64,000 nt of DNA from contig CBDBCF010000001.1 of NCBI GenBank assembly GCA_965202985.1, forward strand, positions 2,048,001 through 2,112,000. The letters are read 5' to 3'. This document shows positions 1-9,072 of this stretch, in pieces. A model generated the notes under the pieces. The model worked only from the letters and a program-made list of their open reading frames with translations, had not been told where the DNA came from and ran no database searches. The translations under genes were made by a program, and so were the position numbers. Numbering within the stretch: position 1 is the stretch's first letter; every line of letters starts with the position of its first letter. This stretch comes from Longimicrobiales bacterium (GTDB lineage Bacteria > Gemmatimonadota > Gemmatimonadetes > Longimicrobiales > Gaopeijiaceae).

Positions 1-2763
1 GAAGACGCCGGGCGCACCGGACGACGGGACGCCAGGGCCTTGCCGGAACGCCGCGCCGACGCCCCACGGCAACTTGCGCAATTCGTCGCCCCTTCCTTCC
101 GCAAGCTCCCGACCAAGCTCGGCTCGGAGAACCTCGTTGTTGGGGCCGTGCGCCCGCGCCGCGCCGTCGGGGCCGCCCAGGCCGTTTGCGCCGTCCGCGC
201 CCGCTTTCGCGCCCCCTTCGGCCTCGTCCAGCAGGGTCTCGTCGCCCGCGGCCAAGCGGGCCGCGTAGGCGCGCATCTCGTCGTCGGCGTCGTCCACGAC
301 CTGCACTTCCATGCCGAAGGGCCGCGCGGCCATGATCTTGCGGCGGATCGCGCGCTCCAGCTTCAAGATCACCTCCAGGTCGCCCGGCTCGGGCAGCATG
401 GTGGTCAGGTGCACGTCGGCGTGGGGGCTCTTCAAACGGATGACGCGACCGTAGCGCTGCACCATGCGCTGCGGGTTCCACGGCATGTCGTAGCTGACCA
501 CGGCCGCCGCTTGTTGCAGGTTCTGGCCCTCGGACAGGACGTCGTTGCTCAGCAGCAGGTCCACTTCGCCGTCGGGCGGCCGGTAGCCGGGGCGCACCAC
601 GGTATCGGGGCAGAAGCGCGACAACATGGCGGTGCGCTGATCGGGGTTCGTCTCGGCGCCCACCACGGTCACGCGGTTGCGGCCAGCGACGGACTCGGGC
701 AGGTGCTCGTCCAGGTAGCGAACCGTGTCGGCGAAGGTGGTGAAGACGGCCACCTTCTTGGACGGTGCCCCCTCCAGCACGCGACGCAGAAGGGCGAGCT
801 TGGGGTCGTCCTCGGGGCGCAGCGCGGCCAGGCGCGCCTGGATCTGCTCCAGCAGGGCGGCGTCGTGCTCCACATGGTCGCGAAAGGCCGGGTCGTAGTC
901 GCCGACGGGTCCCGCGTCGCTGTCGTCTTCAAGCGCTTCCTCCACCCACTGGGCCAGGGCGGACTCGTCCAACTCGCCGTGCGCGGCGCGAAGGGACTTG
1001 CGGCCCAGCACCCGTCCCGCGTCCCACGCCTCCAAGAACGCCCGGTGCGCGTTCAGCATCCGCCCGACGGTGAGCAGGCAGGCGTGCCAGCACGACTCCA
1101 GGCGCTTGAGCACGCCGGACCGTAGGAGGGCGCTGATCACGACTTCGCGCTGTTCGAGGGCGCGGGTCCGGTGGTAGCGGCTCCGGCAGTAGCGGGCCAT
1201 GTGCAAGGCGTCGATGCGCTCGGCGACGTAGGTGGCTAGGCCCGTGGGCGCGTCGTGCTGCTGGTCGCGGGGCTCGGCGTCGTGGCCTCGGCCTGGGTCG
1301 GCGTAGTCCAGGTCGTAGCGCTCGGTGGTCAGGTGCGGCTTGGGGAAGGTCACCGGCGTGCCGTCGGGAAAGACGGCGTCGGGGTACTCGCGCACGATGA
1401 ACCCCCGATCCCGACGCACGCTCACCATGTCGGCCAGCCCGAAGAGAAGGTCCGGGTTGAGGTTCTGGGCGTCGTGCTGGTTGGCGCCGGCGCGCAGGAA
1501 CAAGGTTGAAAGCGACGGGATGCCTTCGCCTTCGAACGCTCGGTCGTGGCGGGCGAACGCCATCACCAAGTGGTACAGGTCCCAGAGCCCGTTGTTGATC
1601 GGCGTGGCGGTGAGCAGGACCAGGTCCTTGGGCTGGCCGCCCAGCAGACGCGAGAGCGCGCCGTACCAAGTGGTGCTCGGGTTGCGGAGCGCGTGGGCCT
1701 CGTCGAACACGATCAGCCGATAGGCGTCCTTGTCGTTGGCCAGCGCCGGCTTGCCGGGGGCGCGTCCCGGACCGGCCAGTCCGAGCCCGGCCAGCTGCGG
1801 ATCGCCCGCGAACTCCTGATAGCTGACGACTTGTGCGGGCAGCCGCGTCTGGTGCAGTCGATCCTGCCAGTGGTCGCGAAGCTGGGCCGGCACCACGAGC
1901 AGGATGTGCTGGCCGCGCCGGACGGCGTACTCCTCCACGAATGCAAGGCCGATCTCCGTCTTGCCCGTGCCCACGCCGTCGGCGTACACGACACCGTGGC
2001 GGCGGCGGACGATGGCGAGCGCGCGCCGGAAGCCGTCGTCCTGGAAGGGTGCCAGCTTGACGGCGCTGGGGGACGGAAGGTCGTCGTCCTCGTCCAAGTC
2101 GTCGCCCAGAAGCTCCAGCAGCGCGCGCAGGTAGACGGTGCGGGGGTCGAGAAGGCCGGGGTCGGGAAAGAGCAGCTCGCGAAGCCGCTCCTTGAAGTCG
2201 TCCGATTCCTCCCACAGCCCATCGAACCATTGCACCGCCCGCTGGGCCACGGGCGGATCGTAGTGGACCAGTCCCAGCTCCAGGTTCCGCCACATGCCGG
2301 CCGACGTCAGGTTGGCGGAGGTCACCAGCGCGGCTCGCGCGTCGCCGGCGTCGCCGAACAAGTACGCCTTCCCGTGAAGAAACTTGTGCACGTAGCGCCG
2401 CACCGCCACGTCGGGCCGATCCAGCCACTCCTTCACGGCGAGCAACTGTTGCAGCGCCCGGCTGGGCGGAAAGCGCGACAGGTCCCGTTGGTCGCCGAGC
2501 GCCAGCAGCGTCCGTTCGAAGAGGGTGGCCGGGACTTCGTCGCCGATCCCGGTGGGCATGGTGCCCAGCAGTAGGCGCGTTCCGCGATCTCGGTCTTCGA
2601 CCAGCGCGGCCAGGTGGCGCAGCCCGCCCAGGTTCACGTACCCCGTGGCGACGGAGAGGCCGTGGCGGTCGTCAAAGTCGGCGGCGAGGTAGGACAGCGC
2701 CTCGCCGTGGTGGGTGGCGTCGGCTTGGTTGTCGAGGAGGGAGGGGCGTTGGGTCGAAGGCAC
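1..2763 (-). CDS. PLD-nuclease domain + SNF2/SF2 helicase (DrmD-like / RM-associated); runs off the left edge
   Basis: Manual translation from GTG 2763 (TAGTG overlap with upstream stop): SVATGYVNLGG, FLHGKAYLF...VTSANLTSAGMWRNLE (PLD), ADGVGTGKT, FDEAH, LSEGQNLQ...YDMPWNPQRMVQRYGRVIR. Absent from the ORF track because there is no stop in the window. Confidence 0.9.
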   Translation of the reverse strand, partial: MPSTQRPSLLDNQADATHHGEALSYLAADFDDRHGLSVATGYVNLGGLRHLAALVEDRDRGTRLLLGTMPTGIGDEVPATLFERTLLALGDQRDLSRFPPSRALQQLLAVKEWLDRPDVAVRRYVHKFLHGKAYLFGDAGDARAALVTSANLTSAGMWRNLELGLVHYDPPVAQRAVQWFDGLWEESDDFKERLRELLFPDPGLLDPRTVYLRALLELLGDDLDEDDDLPSPSAVKLAPFQDDGFRRALAIVRRRHGVVYADGVGTGKTEIGLAFVEEYAVRRGQHILLVVPAQLRDHWQDRLHQTRLPAQVVSYQEFAGDPQLAGLGLAGPGRAPGKPALANDKDAYRLIVFDEAHALRNPSTTWYGALSRLLGGQPKDLVLLTATPINNGLWDLYHLVMAFARHDRAFEGEGIPSLSTLFLRAGANQHDAQNLNPDLLFGLADMVSVRRDRGFIVREYPDAVFPDGTPVTFPKPHLTTERYDLDYADPGRGHDAEPRDQQHDAPTGLATYVAERIDALHMARYCRSRYHRTRALEQREVVISALLRSGVLKRLESCWHACLLTVGRMLNAHRAFLEAWDAGRVLGRKSLRAAHGELDESALAQWVEEALEDDSDAGPVGDYDPAFRDHVEHDAALLEQIQARLAALRPEDDPKLALLRRVLEGAPSKKVAVFTTFADTVRYLDEHLPESVAGRNRVTVVGAETNPDQRTAMLSRFCPDTVVRPGYRPPDGEVDLLLSNDVLSEGQNLQQAAAVVSYDMPWNPQRMVQRYGRVIRLKSPHADVHLTTMLPEPGDLEVILKLERAIRRKIMAARPFGMEVQVVDDADDEMRAYAARLAAGDETLLDEAEGGAKAGADGANGLGGPDGAARAHGPNNEVLRAELGRELAEGRGDELRKLPWGVGAAFRQGPGVPSSGAPGVF

Positions 2764-3428
2764 TACCGGGGAGCTCCGAGTTGTCTCAGGCGTTCGCGTC
2801 CCGCCGGCGTGAGGCGGTATCGCTGCTTGCTGCTGCGCGGCTTGTCCGGGATCGTCATTTCGGTCAGTCCGGCTTGCAGAGCAGGGAGCAGGTAGGCTTC
2901 GCGGAAATGGATCCGATGTCTGAGGCCGAGAGCCTCTTGGATGCCCCGCGTGGTCATTTCTCCCGACATCGCCCGGAGCAATCGGACTTCAAGGCCAACG
3001 TCCCCGGCAACTTGTTCGGTTGTGCCTCCAACTTGTTCGGTGGCTTGATCGGTCACTTGTTCGGTCGAATCTTCGACTTGTTCGGTCACTTGTTCGGCAG
3101 CGTCCTCAACTTGATCGGTGAGGTCCCGGTGACTTTTCGGGCGCCTCGCGGGCCGCCCCCCTTCTCGCACGACCGGACGCACTTTCGGGTTCGGTCGGAA
3201 GGTGACGGTGACGAAGCGATCCACGTCGAAACTCTGGTTCCGGGCAGTCCTGCTGTCGGGTGCCGTCCCGGATGCGGCGGATGTCGAGCCGGCCGTGATG
3301 CCGGACAACCGCATCCAGCTGTCGAACTTCTCGCAGTCGAAATCTTCTGGATAGCTGAAGCGTGGACAGGGAGACAGGTCGAACCGAATGGCGCCCTCGG
3401 CCTGACAAAAACTCGCGGATCTCGTCAC
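2763..3428 (-). CDS. Truncated regulator with TEQV low-complexity repeats and a Fic-like C-terminal winged-helix domain
   Basis: C-terminus GIQEALGLRHRIHFREAYLLPALQAGLTEMTIPDKPRSSKQRYRLT; (T/A)EQV repeats at about 3000-3125; N-terminal part looks internally deleted. Confidence 0.65.
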   Translation of the reverse strand: MTRSASFCQAEGAIRFDLSPCPRFSYPEDFDCEKFDSWMRLSGITAGSTSAASGTAPDSRTARNQSFDVDRFVTVTFRPNPKVRPVVREGGRPARRPKSHRDLTDQVEDAAEQVTEQVEDSTEQVTDQATEQVGGTTEQVAGDVGLEVRLLRAMSGEMTTRGIQEALGLRHRIHFREAYLLPALQAGLTEMTIPDKPRSSKQRYRLTPAGRERLRQLGAPR

Positions 3429-3889
3429 GATTCGTCTTCTGCGTCACGGCGCCGACGGCCACTCTTCGGCCCTTCTGCTTCGCCGTTGGGATCCTCCGCC
3501 GAGTAGTGAGCGCGCGGCTCCCGCACCCCAGCGCCTGGAACCACGTCCACCCCGGTGCCGGGCTGGCCGGCGCCTCCGAGACGTCGAGGGTACGACCGTT
3601 CGTCCACCTTGGTGCTCAAGGAACCGACGACGGCCTTCATATCGCCAAGCGAAGCCGTGACCTCTCGGTGGTTCTCGTCGACTCGGTCCTCCAGCCGCTC
3701 GATCCGGCGGCTGATCTCTTGCTTCATGCTGCCGATCTGCTCCGCGAGCCGCTTCTCTCCCGCTTCGCGTCGCTGCTCCGCCTCCTGCTGTTCTCTGCGC
3801 CTGTCGGCCTTTGCTGCTCGATGCACGCCAAGGGCAGATACCGCAATCGCCACGATCGTCCAAAAATCACCGTTGGAGAAAATCTCCAT
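3425..3889 (-). CDS. Small membrane-anchored coiled-coil protein
   Basis: N-terminal hydrophobic FWTIVAIAVSALGV followed by a heptad-rich region; ATGA overlap with the next gene. Confidence 0.7.
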   Translation of the reverse strand: MEIFSNGDFWTIVAIAVSALGVHRAAKADRRREQQEAEQRREAGEKRLAEQIGSMKQEISRRIERLEDRVDENHREVTASLGDMKAVVGSLSTKVDERSYPRRLGGAGQPGTGVDVVPGAGVREPRAHYSAEDPNGEAEGPKSGRRRRDAEDES

Positions 3890-4044
3890 CGTGCTGTCCT
3901 TTCACTTGGGGGTCGGGCCGCCGGCGGGGCCGCTCTCGGTTCGGGTTCGCTGCGCCTCCCAATCTACATCGAGAAACGGCTCGGACGAACACTCGTGGGC
4001 AGAAGACCTGAGATTTGGGACGCCCGGCACGTGCGGACCACGGC

Positions 4045-5070
4045 TCATTCGAGCAACGCCGGTTGGGCGGTGCGAGCCGCAGCTTTGGCGCGTGGTTCAG
4101 GACGCCCGAGCCGCCGCACTAGCGCTGGCGAGAGATACAGGGACTCGACGGTTTCGCGGGCTTGACCCAGCAATGTGGCTTGAGTTGACCTTCCAGCCGA
4201 GACGTAGATGTGATGCAGCCGAAGGACCCCAGGCAGCGCCTTGCCGTGTGTCTTTTCGCCGGTCCAGCCGTCGTAGCTAACGACGTAGGACAACTCCAGC
4301 TTGTTCATTGTGCGTAGCGTGCCAACGAACTCGTCGTAGTCGACGCCATTGCAATAACGTCTGTCTCGCGCTTGCGAAGTGCCTTGGTATGGTGGGTCGA
4401 AGTAGACGAGATCCTCCGGCGTGGATGTCAGTGCTACTCGTCGATAGTCCGTTGCCGACAAGGATGTTCGGCCTGCCAGCAACCGGTGTACGCCGAGTAT
4501 TTGCCGTCTCATGACCGAAGGCCTCATTCCGGCTCGACGGTTGTCGGGACTCTGGTTGAAAGCTCCGTCGGCGTTGTACCGGACCGACCCCTTCACGATT
4601 CGAGCCAGAAGATAGAGAAGATGGCTCGGCTGATGGGATTCGTTGAACTCCCTGCGCACGCCGAAGAAAAACTCCTTCATGTAGGGCTGCTGATCGCGCC
4701 ACAGGCGAGCGTAGTCGGCAACGAGTTGTTCGGGCCTCTCCACAATCTCCCTCCAAAGGGCCATCAGAGGCGCGTTGAGGTCGTTGATCCAAAAACGCCT
4801 TGCCAACCCATGGGTCGCGGCGGCGATCGACACGGCGGCCGAGCCGCAGCAGGGCTCCACCACCCGATCGAGGCCCGGCGGAAAGTACGGCAGGATGAAC
4901 TTGGCGATTCCCCGCTTGCTCCCCTGGTAGGGGAACGGGTGCGGGGCCGCCGGACCGGCCCTGGTCTTCGCTTCCAACCTGCTGATGTTTCCGTCGCTCC
5001 TTCCTGGGGCACGTCGCGTCTCATCGAACCGGTACCGTCCGTAGTCCCCGGCCGGCTTCTGACGCGGCAT
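4045..5070 (-). CDS. Dam-family (D12 class) N6-adenine DNA methyltransferase
   Basis: PFPYQGSKR, VEPCCGSAA (motif I variant), YFDPPY; AGGAGG 8 nt upstream of ATG 5070. Confidence 0.9.
   Translation of the reverse strand: MPRQKPAGDYGRYRFDETRRAPGRSDGNISRLEAKTRAGPAAPHPFPYQGSKRGIAKFILPYFPPGLDRVVEPCCGSAAVSIAAATHGLARRFWINDLNAPLMALWREIVERPEQLVADYARLWRDQQPYMKEFFFGVRREFNESHQPSHLLYLLARIVKGSVRYNADGAFNQSPDNRRAGMRPSVMRRQILGVHRLLAGRTSLSATDYRRVALTSTPEDLVYFDPPYQGTSQARDRRYCNGVDYDEFVGTLRTMNKLELSYVVSYDGWTGEKTHGKALPGVLRLHHIYVSAGRSTQATLLGQARETVESLYLSPALVRRLGRPEPRAKAAARTAQPALLE
4865..5049. repeat. Imperfect direct repeat, copy 1 (5' part of dam)
   Basis: Aligns with 7323-7507, e.g. caggatgaacttgg...cccgcttgctcccc(c)tggtagg...ccgtcgctccttcctgggg. 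Confidence 0.9.
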
Positions 5071-5237
5071 CGCGAGCACCTCCTACTAATCTGGTGTCCT
5101 GGGCGCGAAGGGCAAGAAGTACACCTCCCCTTCTCAACCTTATCTTGCCCTTCTCGCCGCCACTCCACAGGTCGTCCGGGCGCGTTGTGAGAAATGCGGG
5201 CTAAGTCCAGCCCCGATCTCGGGTCCGACACCTAACG

Positions 5238-5320
5238 GAGCAGTACTTCATCAAGGTCAACATTGAGGCCGAGACGGCGGCGAGCCTAGCCCGCACGATG
5301 ATTCTTCCGGCGGCGGTCCG
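5238..5320 (+). pseudogene. 83-bp fragment of glutamine synthetase III
   Basis: [28 protein letters not shown] versus [28 protein letters not shown] at 35661-35743. Confidence 0.9.
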
Positions 5321-5328
5321 CCCCGGAG

Positions 5329-5644
5329 CTGCCGGTTCACGGCTCGGGGCCCGACCTGTCCACCGCCACCGGCGCGCCCAACTTCCGCCAAGTCGGCGAC
5401 GTGACGATCACCGGTTTCTTCGAGCAGGTGGAGTTGGACTACGACATCACCGGCACCGTCGACTGGGAGCCCGGTTCGCCCGCCCACCGGGCAAGTGCTC
5501 CTTGGACCTGGACCTGACGGGAAAGGTTGATGTGCCGGGCATCGCGGCGACCGACTCGGTGACGATCCTCCGGAGCGCGCTGTCGGGCACCCCTGCGAAG
5601 AGGCCGTCAGCCTGCCGCTGGTGGAGACCATCCACTCGAACTGA
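5329..5644 (+). pseudogene. Frameshifted C-terminal half of a LTEAEVVAL-family lipoprotein
   Basis: Segments CRFTARG, GAPNFRQVGDVTITGFFEQVELDYDITGTVDW and GKCSLDLDLTG in shifting frames; homologous to 38108-38761. Confidence 0.8.
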
Positions 5645-5689
5645 GGGCGGGGCAACCGGGCCTGCCCGCGCGGCCCGTGGGGTTCCGGG

Positions 5690-5716
5690 GGAACCTTTTT
5701 CGCGAACGGCGGGTAT
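5690..5716 (+). promoter_or_regulatory. Putative ECF-sigma promoter GGAACC-N17-GTAT
   Basis: Same motif upstream of paralogues at 6401-6426 and 38022-38047. Confidence 0.55.
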
Positions 5717-5776
5717 GAAAGATGTGTCGCGGCGCTCCGCCTCCGACGCCGGAACCGAGAACGAAAGGAAATCGAG

Positions 5777-6400
5777 ATGAAGAAACGCACGCGAACCCAG
5801 TGGAAGCTGCTGGCGGCGCTGAGCGCGCTCCTGGCCGTCGCGGCTTGCGACGACACCGTCCGACCGGTCCAAGACGACGGGCTGACCGAGGCCGAGGTCG
5901 TGGCGCTGGTGGACGGTTTGGCCGCAGTCGGCGGCCTGACCGGGGTCGCCGCCGCCACTCCCGTCGTCGACCCACCAGCCATCGACTGCCCCCTGGGCGG
6001 CAAGGTGGACCTCTTGCGCAGGGTCATCGCCGACACGGTGACCACCCCGCTTCTGGTCCTGCGCTCCGATCTGGTCATGACGCCGCACGACTGCCGGTTC
6101 GAGGCTCGGGGGGTGACCTTCACCGCCAACGGTGCGCCCGACGTACGCCAAGTCGGCCGCATCAGGATCACCGGCCAGTACGAGAAGGTGGAGGTGGACT
6201 GGGAGATCGCAGGCGCGGTGGACTGGGAGACAAGCTCTCCCGCCCGGCACGGCAAGTGCTCGCTGGACCTCGACCTGACAGGAGAGGCCGACGTGCCGAC
6301 CGCCGAGTCGAGCGACGCGGTGGTGGTCTTTCGGGGCGTCCTGTCGGGCACCGCCTGCGACAAGGCCGTCAACCTGCCGCTGAACTCCAGTGGGAGCTGA
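5777..6400 (+). CDS. Lipoprotein of unknown function (LTEAEVVAL family)
   Basis: Signal peptide with lipobox VAAC; conserved CPLGG, CRF, CSLDL, GTAC; paralogues at 37330 and 38108. Confidence 0.85.
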   Translation: MKKRTRTQWKLLAALSALLAVAACDDTVRPVQDDGLTEAEVVALVDGLAAVGGLTGVAAATPVVDPPAIDCPLGGKVDLLRRVIADTVTTPLLVLRSDLVMTPHDCRFEARGVTFTANGAPDVRQVGRIRITGQYEKVEVDWEIAGAVDWETSSPARHGKCSLDLDLTGEADVPTAESSDAVVVFRGVLSGTACDKAVNLPLNSSGS

Positions 6401-6423
6401 GAAACCTGTTCGCGAACCGCGAG

Positions 6424-6847
6424 TAGAAACGCACGCGAACCCTCATGGGCCTGCCGGCCGCGCTGATCGCGTCCTGGCCGTTGGCGGCCTGCGACGACGA
6501 CTCCGCCGGACCCGCCGGCGACGACACGCTGACCGACGAAGAGGTCGTGGCGCTGGTGGACGGGCTGACTGCGGTCGCCGGCCTGATCGGCGCCGATGCC
6601 GCGACCCCCGTCGTCGACCAGCCGGCGGTCCAGTGCCCCATGGCCGGCACCATGGGGTTTTCGGCACGAGTCACCCCCCGACAGTACCGCGACGACCCGA
6701 ACCATACGCACCGAACTCGTCGTGACGCCGCAGAACCGCCGGTTCACGGCCCGGGGCGCAACCTTAACCGCCAACGGCGCGCCCGATGTGCGCCAAGTCG
6801 GCGAAGTCACGATCGTCGGCTTGTCCGAGCGGGTCGGCGGAAGCTGA
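6424..6847 (+). pseudogene. Degenerate LTEAEVVAL-family lipoprotein
   Basis: LAACDDD...LTDEEVVALVDGL...CPMAG, then a frameshift to TANGAPDVRQVG; original start codon lost; C-terminus missing. Confidence 0.8.
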
Positions 6848-6899
6848 CGCCGGTGCCGCCACCGGTTGCCCCGGTGCGACGGAGTCCCGCCCAAGGGAC

Positions 6900-7330
6900 C
6901 CGTCGATCTCGCAGATTCCGCTGTCGCCCGCCGACGCCTGGGGAGTGGTGGAGGACGGGCGGGTCGTCGGGGCTCGGGTCGCCGGCTGCCAACTGGAGTG
7001 GATCGGGCCGGCCGGGTCCACGACCCGCGGCCCTCCCGTCGAGTACGAGCGCATCGCCATCGGAACGCCCGAGAAGGAGGCGTGACGGGACTCCCGGGCC
7101 GAGACCGGCGGCGGCATGAGCATCTCCGTTCGCCGACGGCAGCGGGAGCCTCCAGTTTCTCCGTGAGTCGCGGCGGGTCGTCCGAAGACGAGCAGGACCT
7201 GTACAGCTACTCGTGGCCGGACGAACTGCCGCCGTTCTACGGCTCCCATTCCAATCGATCCTCGCGGGCGGGCGTGGGTTGGAGGACCCGCGGCCGCGCC
7301 GAAGCCCCGCCGGCGTATAGAGCGATCGAT
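6900..7330 (+). pseudogene. C-terminal fragment of a beta-propeller lipoprotein homologous to 36111-37304
   Basis: IPLSPADAWGVVEDGRVVGARV...EYERIAIGTPEKEA* (TGA at 7083 where the paralogue has Trp), then AETGGGM and YSWPDELPPFY. Confidence 0.8.
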
Positions 7331-7507
7331 GCCCGGCGGGAAGTAGGGCAGGATGAACTTGGTGAGTCCCCGCTTGCTCCCCCTGGTAGGGAAATGGGTG
7401 TGGGACCGCCGGGCCGGCCGTGGTCTTCGCTTCCAGTCTGCTCATGTCTCCGTCGCTCCTTCCTGGGGTACGTCGCGTCCCACTGAACCGGTATCGTCCG
7501 TAGCCCC
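7323..7507 (-). pseudogene. Second, truncated 5' copy of dam (repeat copy 2)
   Basis: MSRLEAKTTAGPAVPHPFPYQG, then a +1 frameshift (C5 versus C4 run). Confidence 0.85.
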
Positions 7508-7524
7508 GAGAACTTCAAGCCAGT

Positions 7525-8145
7525 TCATCGGTCATCGGCGGTACACAGATGGGCCACAATCTTCGACGACAGGAACGGATAGGCGCGCGAGTCGAGCTGC
7601 CGTGCCAACCGCTCGGGAACCTCGGTGTCCGTTGTCTGCAAGCGTGCCGCCGCCCCGCCTGGACCACGCACGGGTATCCTCGGAACGCCCGGCAGCATGC
7701 GCCCGACCGTTCGGTACTCTTCTTCAACGCCGTCCATCCCGCCCACAAACACCGCCCCAGCAACGCGTCCGAAGCTCAGCATCTGCTTCCGCATCGTCTT
7801 CAAGGTGTTGTCCAGGTCTCGGCGCTTGTTCGTCCAGTGGATTCTCCCATAGCCAAGGTCCACAAGTCTCCGAGTTTCCGGCGTGACCTGCTCTCGGAAC
7901 CACTCCGATTGGAAGATGTCGACCGAGTGCTTGGCATCATGCTCCATGGCGATCGCCAGCACGAGTGGCGTGATGGCAGGGTGGCCTCCGACCAGCAACC
8001 TGCCGTCCCGGGACAGAACAGCTCGTAACAGCGCTGTCACAGCATCGGCGACTGCAGACGGGTCGTAGGGCCGGACCGCCCTTCCGCGCTCACCGGAAGG
8101 AAAGCTCGCTGACAGAAAGACGTACCGTCCTCCAAGGGAATTCAT
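7525..8145 (-). CDS. SLOG-superfamily protein (LD_cluster3-like)
   Basis: VFLSASFP, LLVGGHPAITPLV, IFQSEWF, MRKQML, AVFVGGMDGVEEEY, GGAA; start uncertain (8145-8202). Confidence 0.8.
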   Translation of the reverse strand: MNSLGGRYVFLSASFPSGERGRAVRPYDPSAVADAVTALLRAVLSRDGRLLVGGHPAITPLVLAIAMEHDAKHSVDIFQSEWFREQVTPETRRLVDLGYGRIHWTNKRRDLDNTLKTMRKQMLSFGRVAGAVFVGGMDGVEEEYRTVGRMLPGVPRIPVRGPGGAAARLQTTDTEVPERLARQLDSRAYPFLSSKIVAHLCTADDR

Positions 8146-8205
8146 CGCCAATCTGTCACCTCCTGGGCCCGGGTGTGGGTTCAGGGCGTCCCGCAGGGTC
8201 ATTCA

Positions 8206-9045
8206 CTAACGCCTGCCATGTTTGACGATGTAGCCTGCGATATCCTTTGCAGCTTTTATTGCCGTCGCCCGAGAACTCCCAACGCAGAAGATCAACTCGA
8301 ACATCGGCGTGTTATTTGGCATGCGGAGGGTTGCCGAGTCTTCCAGAAATCGATTACCGTACAGCTCTCGTAGACGATTCTTGTATGTCTGAAGGAGCGC
8401 GCTGGTGCCTTTTTGTCTCTCGTCCTGGTCGTCCCGCCCACTAAACAGTCTATACTGTGGGTTGGGTCGGTACAGGTTTCGCCAGCTCTCATCTCCGTAG
8501 ACCCGCTTTAGGATACTTCCATGTTTTTCCGGCACGCCTTTTCGAGTCAGCAGGCGCATGACTGCCATGGTAGGAAACAGTATCCAGGTGTCGAGTGCTT
8601 CGAAGCTCGCAACTTTTTCGATTGTGAGCCATTCTACCTCCGTAGCGAACGGATCGAGAAACAAGACGCCCCTGTGCGTTTTCCAGTCGCGGGAAAGACT
8701 CTGCAGAAAGCAATTGGCATCCTTGTTCACAATTTCAATTCGTTTGTCTTCGTTCACGTTCATTCGCTCCTCCAGTTCCTTGCATCGGCGCGCGTCTTTC
8801 TCGACGAGCAGAATCTCGTCGAATCGTCTGTCAGACACGCGCTTGGCCCTTATGGCTGATCCCTCTAGGAACTGCCTTTCTTCTTTGTCATTTCTTCCAA
8901 GATTGATAGTCCCGGAGCCCGCAAAGGCATCAATGTACATCAGTCGAAAATAGTCCTGGTTCTTGAGAGCGGTGGTGTATGCATCGAGGTACCGTTCCAC
9001 CATGTCGAGCTTGTCTTTAGTCCAGTCGCCGCCGAATCTGCCCAT
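8206..9045 (-). CDS. tcmP: Three-Cys-motif partner protein (TcmP/GMT-like SAM-dependent methyltransferase)
   Basis: FGGDWTKDKL..YL.AY, YIDAFAGSG, LFLDPFA; adjacent to DUF5131. Confidence 0.85.
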   Translation of the reverse strand: MGRFGGDWTKDKLDMVERYLDAYTTALKNQDYFRLMYIDAFAGSGTINLGRNDKEERQFLEGSAIRAKRVSDRRFDEILLVEKDARRCKELEERMNVNEDKRIEIVNKDANCFLQSLSRDWKTHRGVLFLDPFATEVEWLTIEKVASFEALDTWILFPTMAVMRLLTRKGVPEKHGSILKRVYGDESWRNLYRPNPQYRLFSGRDDQDERQKGTSALLQTYKNRLRELYGNRFLEDSATLRMPNNTPMFELIFCVGSSRATAIKAAKDIAGYIVKHGRR

Positions 9046-9072
9046 GGCTCAGTATCCTTTGCGTGTCAGTGG

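Noticed and set aside
40..2574. Plus-strand ORFs 40-1125 and 1546-2574 and minus-strand ORF 929-2428
   Set aside because: Shadow frames of the PLD-helicase gene, which has clear motifs.
3000..3125. Short repeated cttgttcgg units resembling an array
   Set aside because: They encode in-frame TEQV peptide repeats; units are too short and irregular for CRISPR, and no cas genes are present.
7375..7390. Phase variation of dam via the C4/C5 tract
   Set aside because: The tract is too short for efficient slippage, and copy 2 is truncated anyway.
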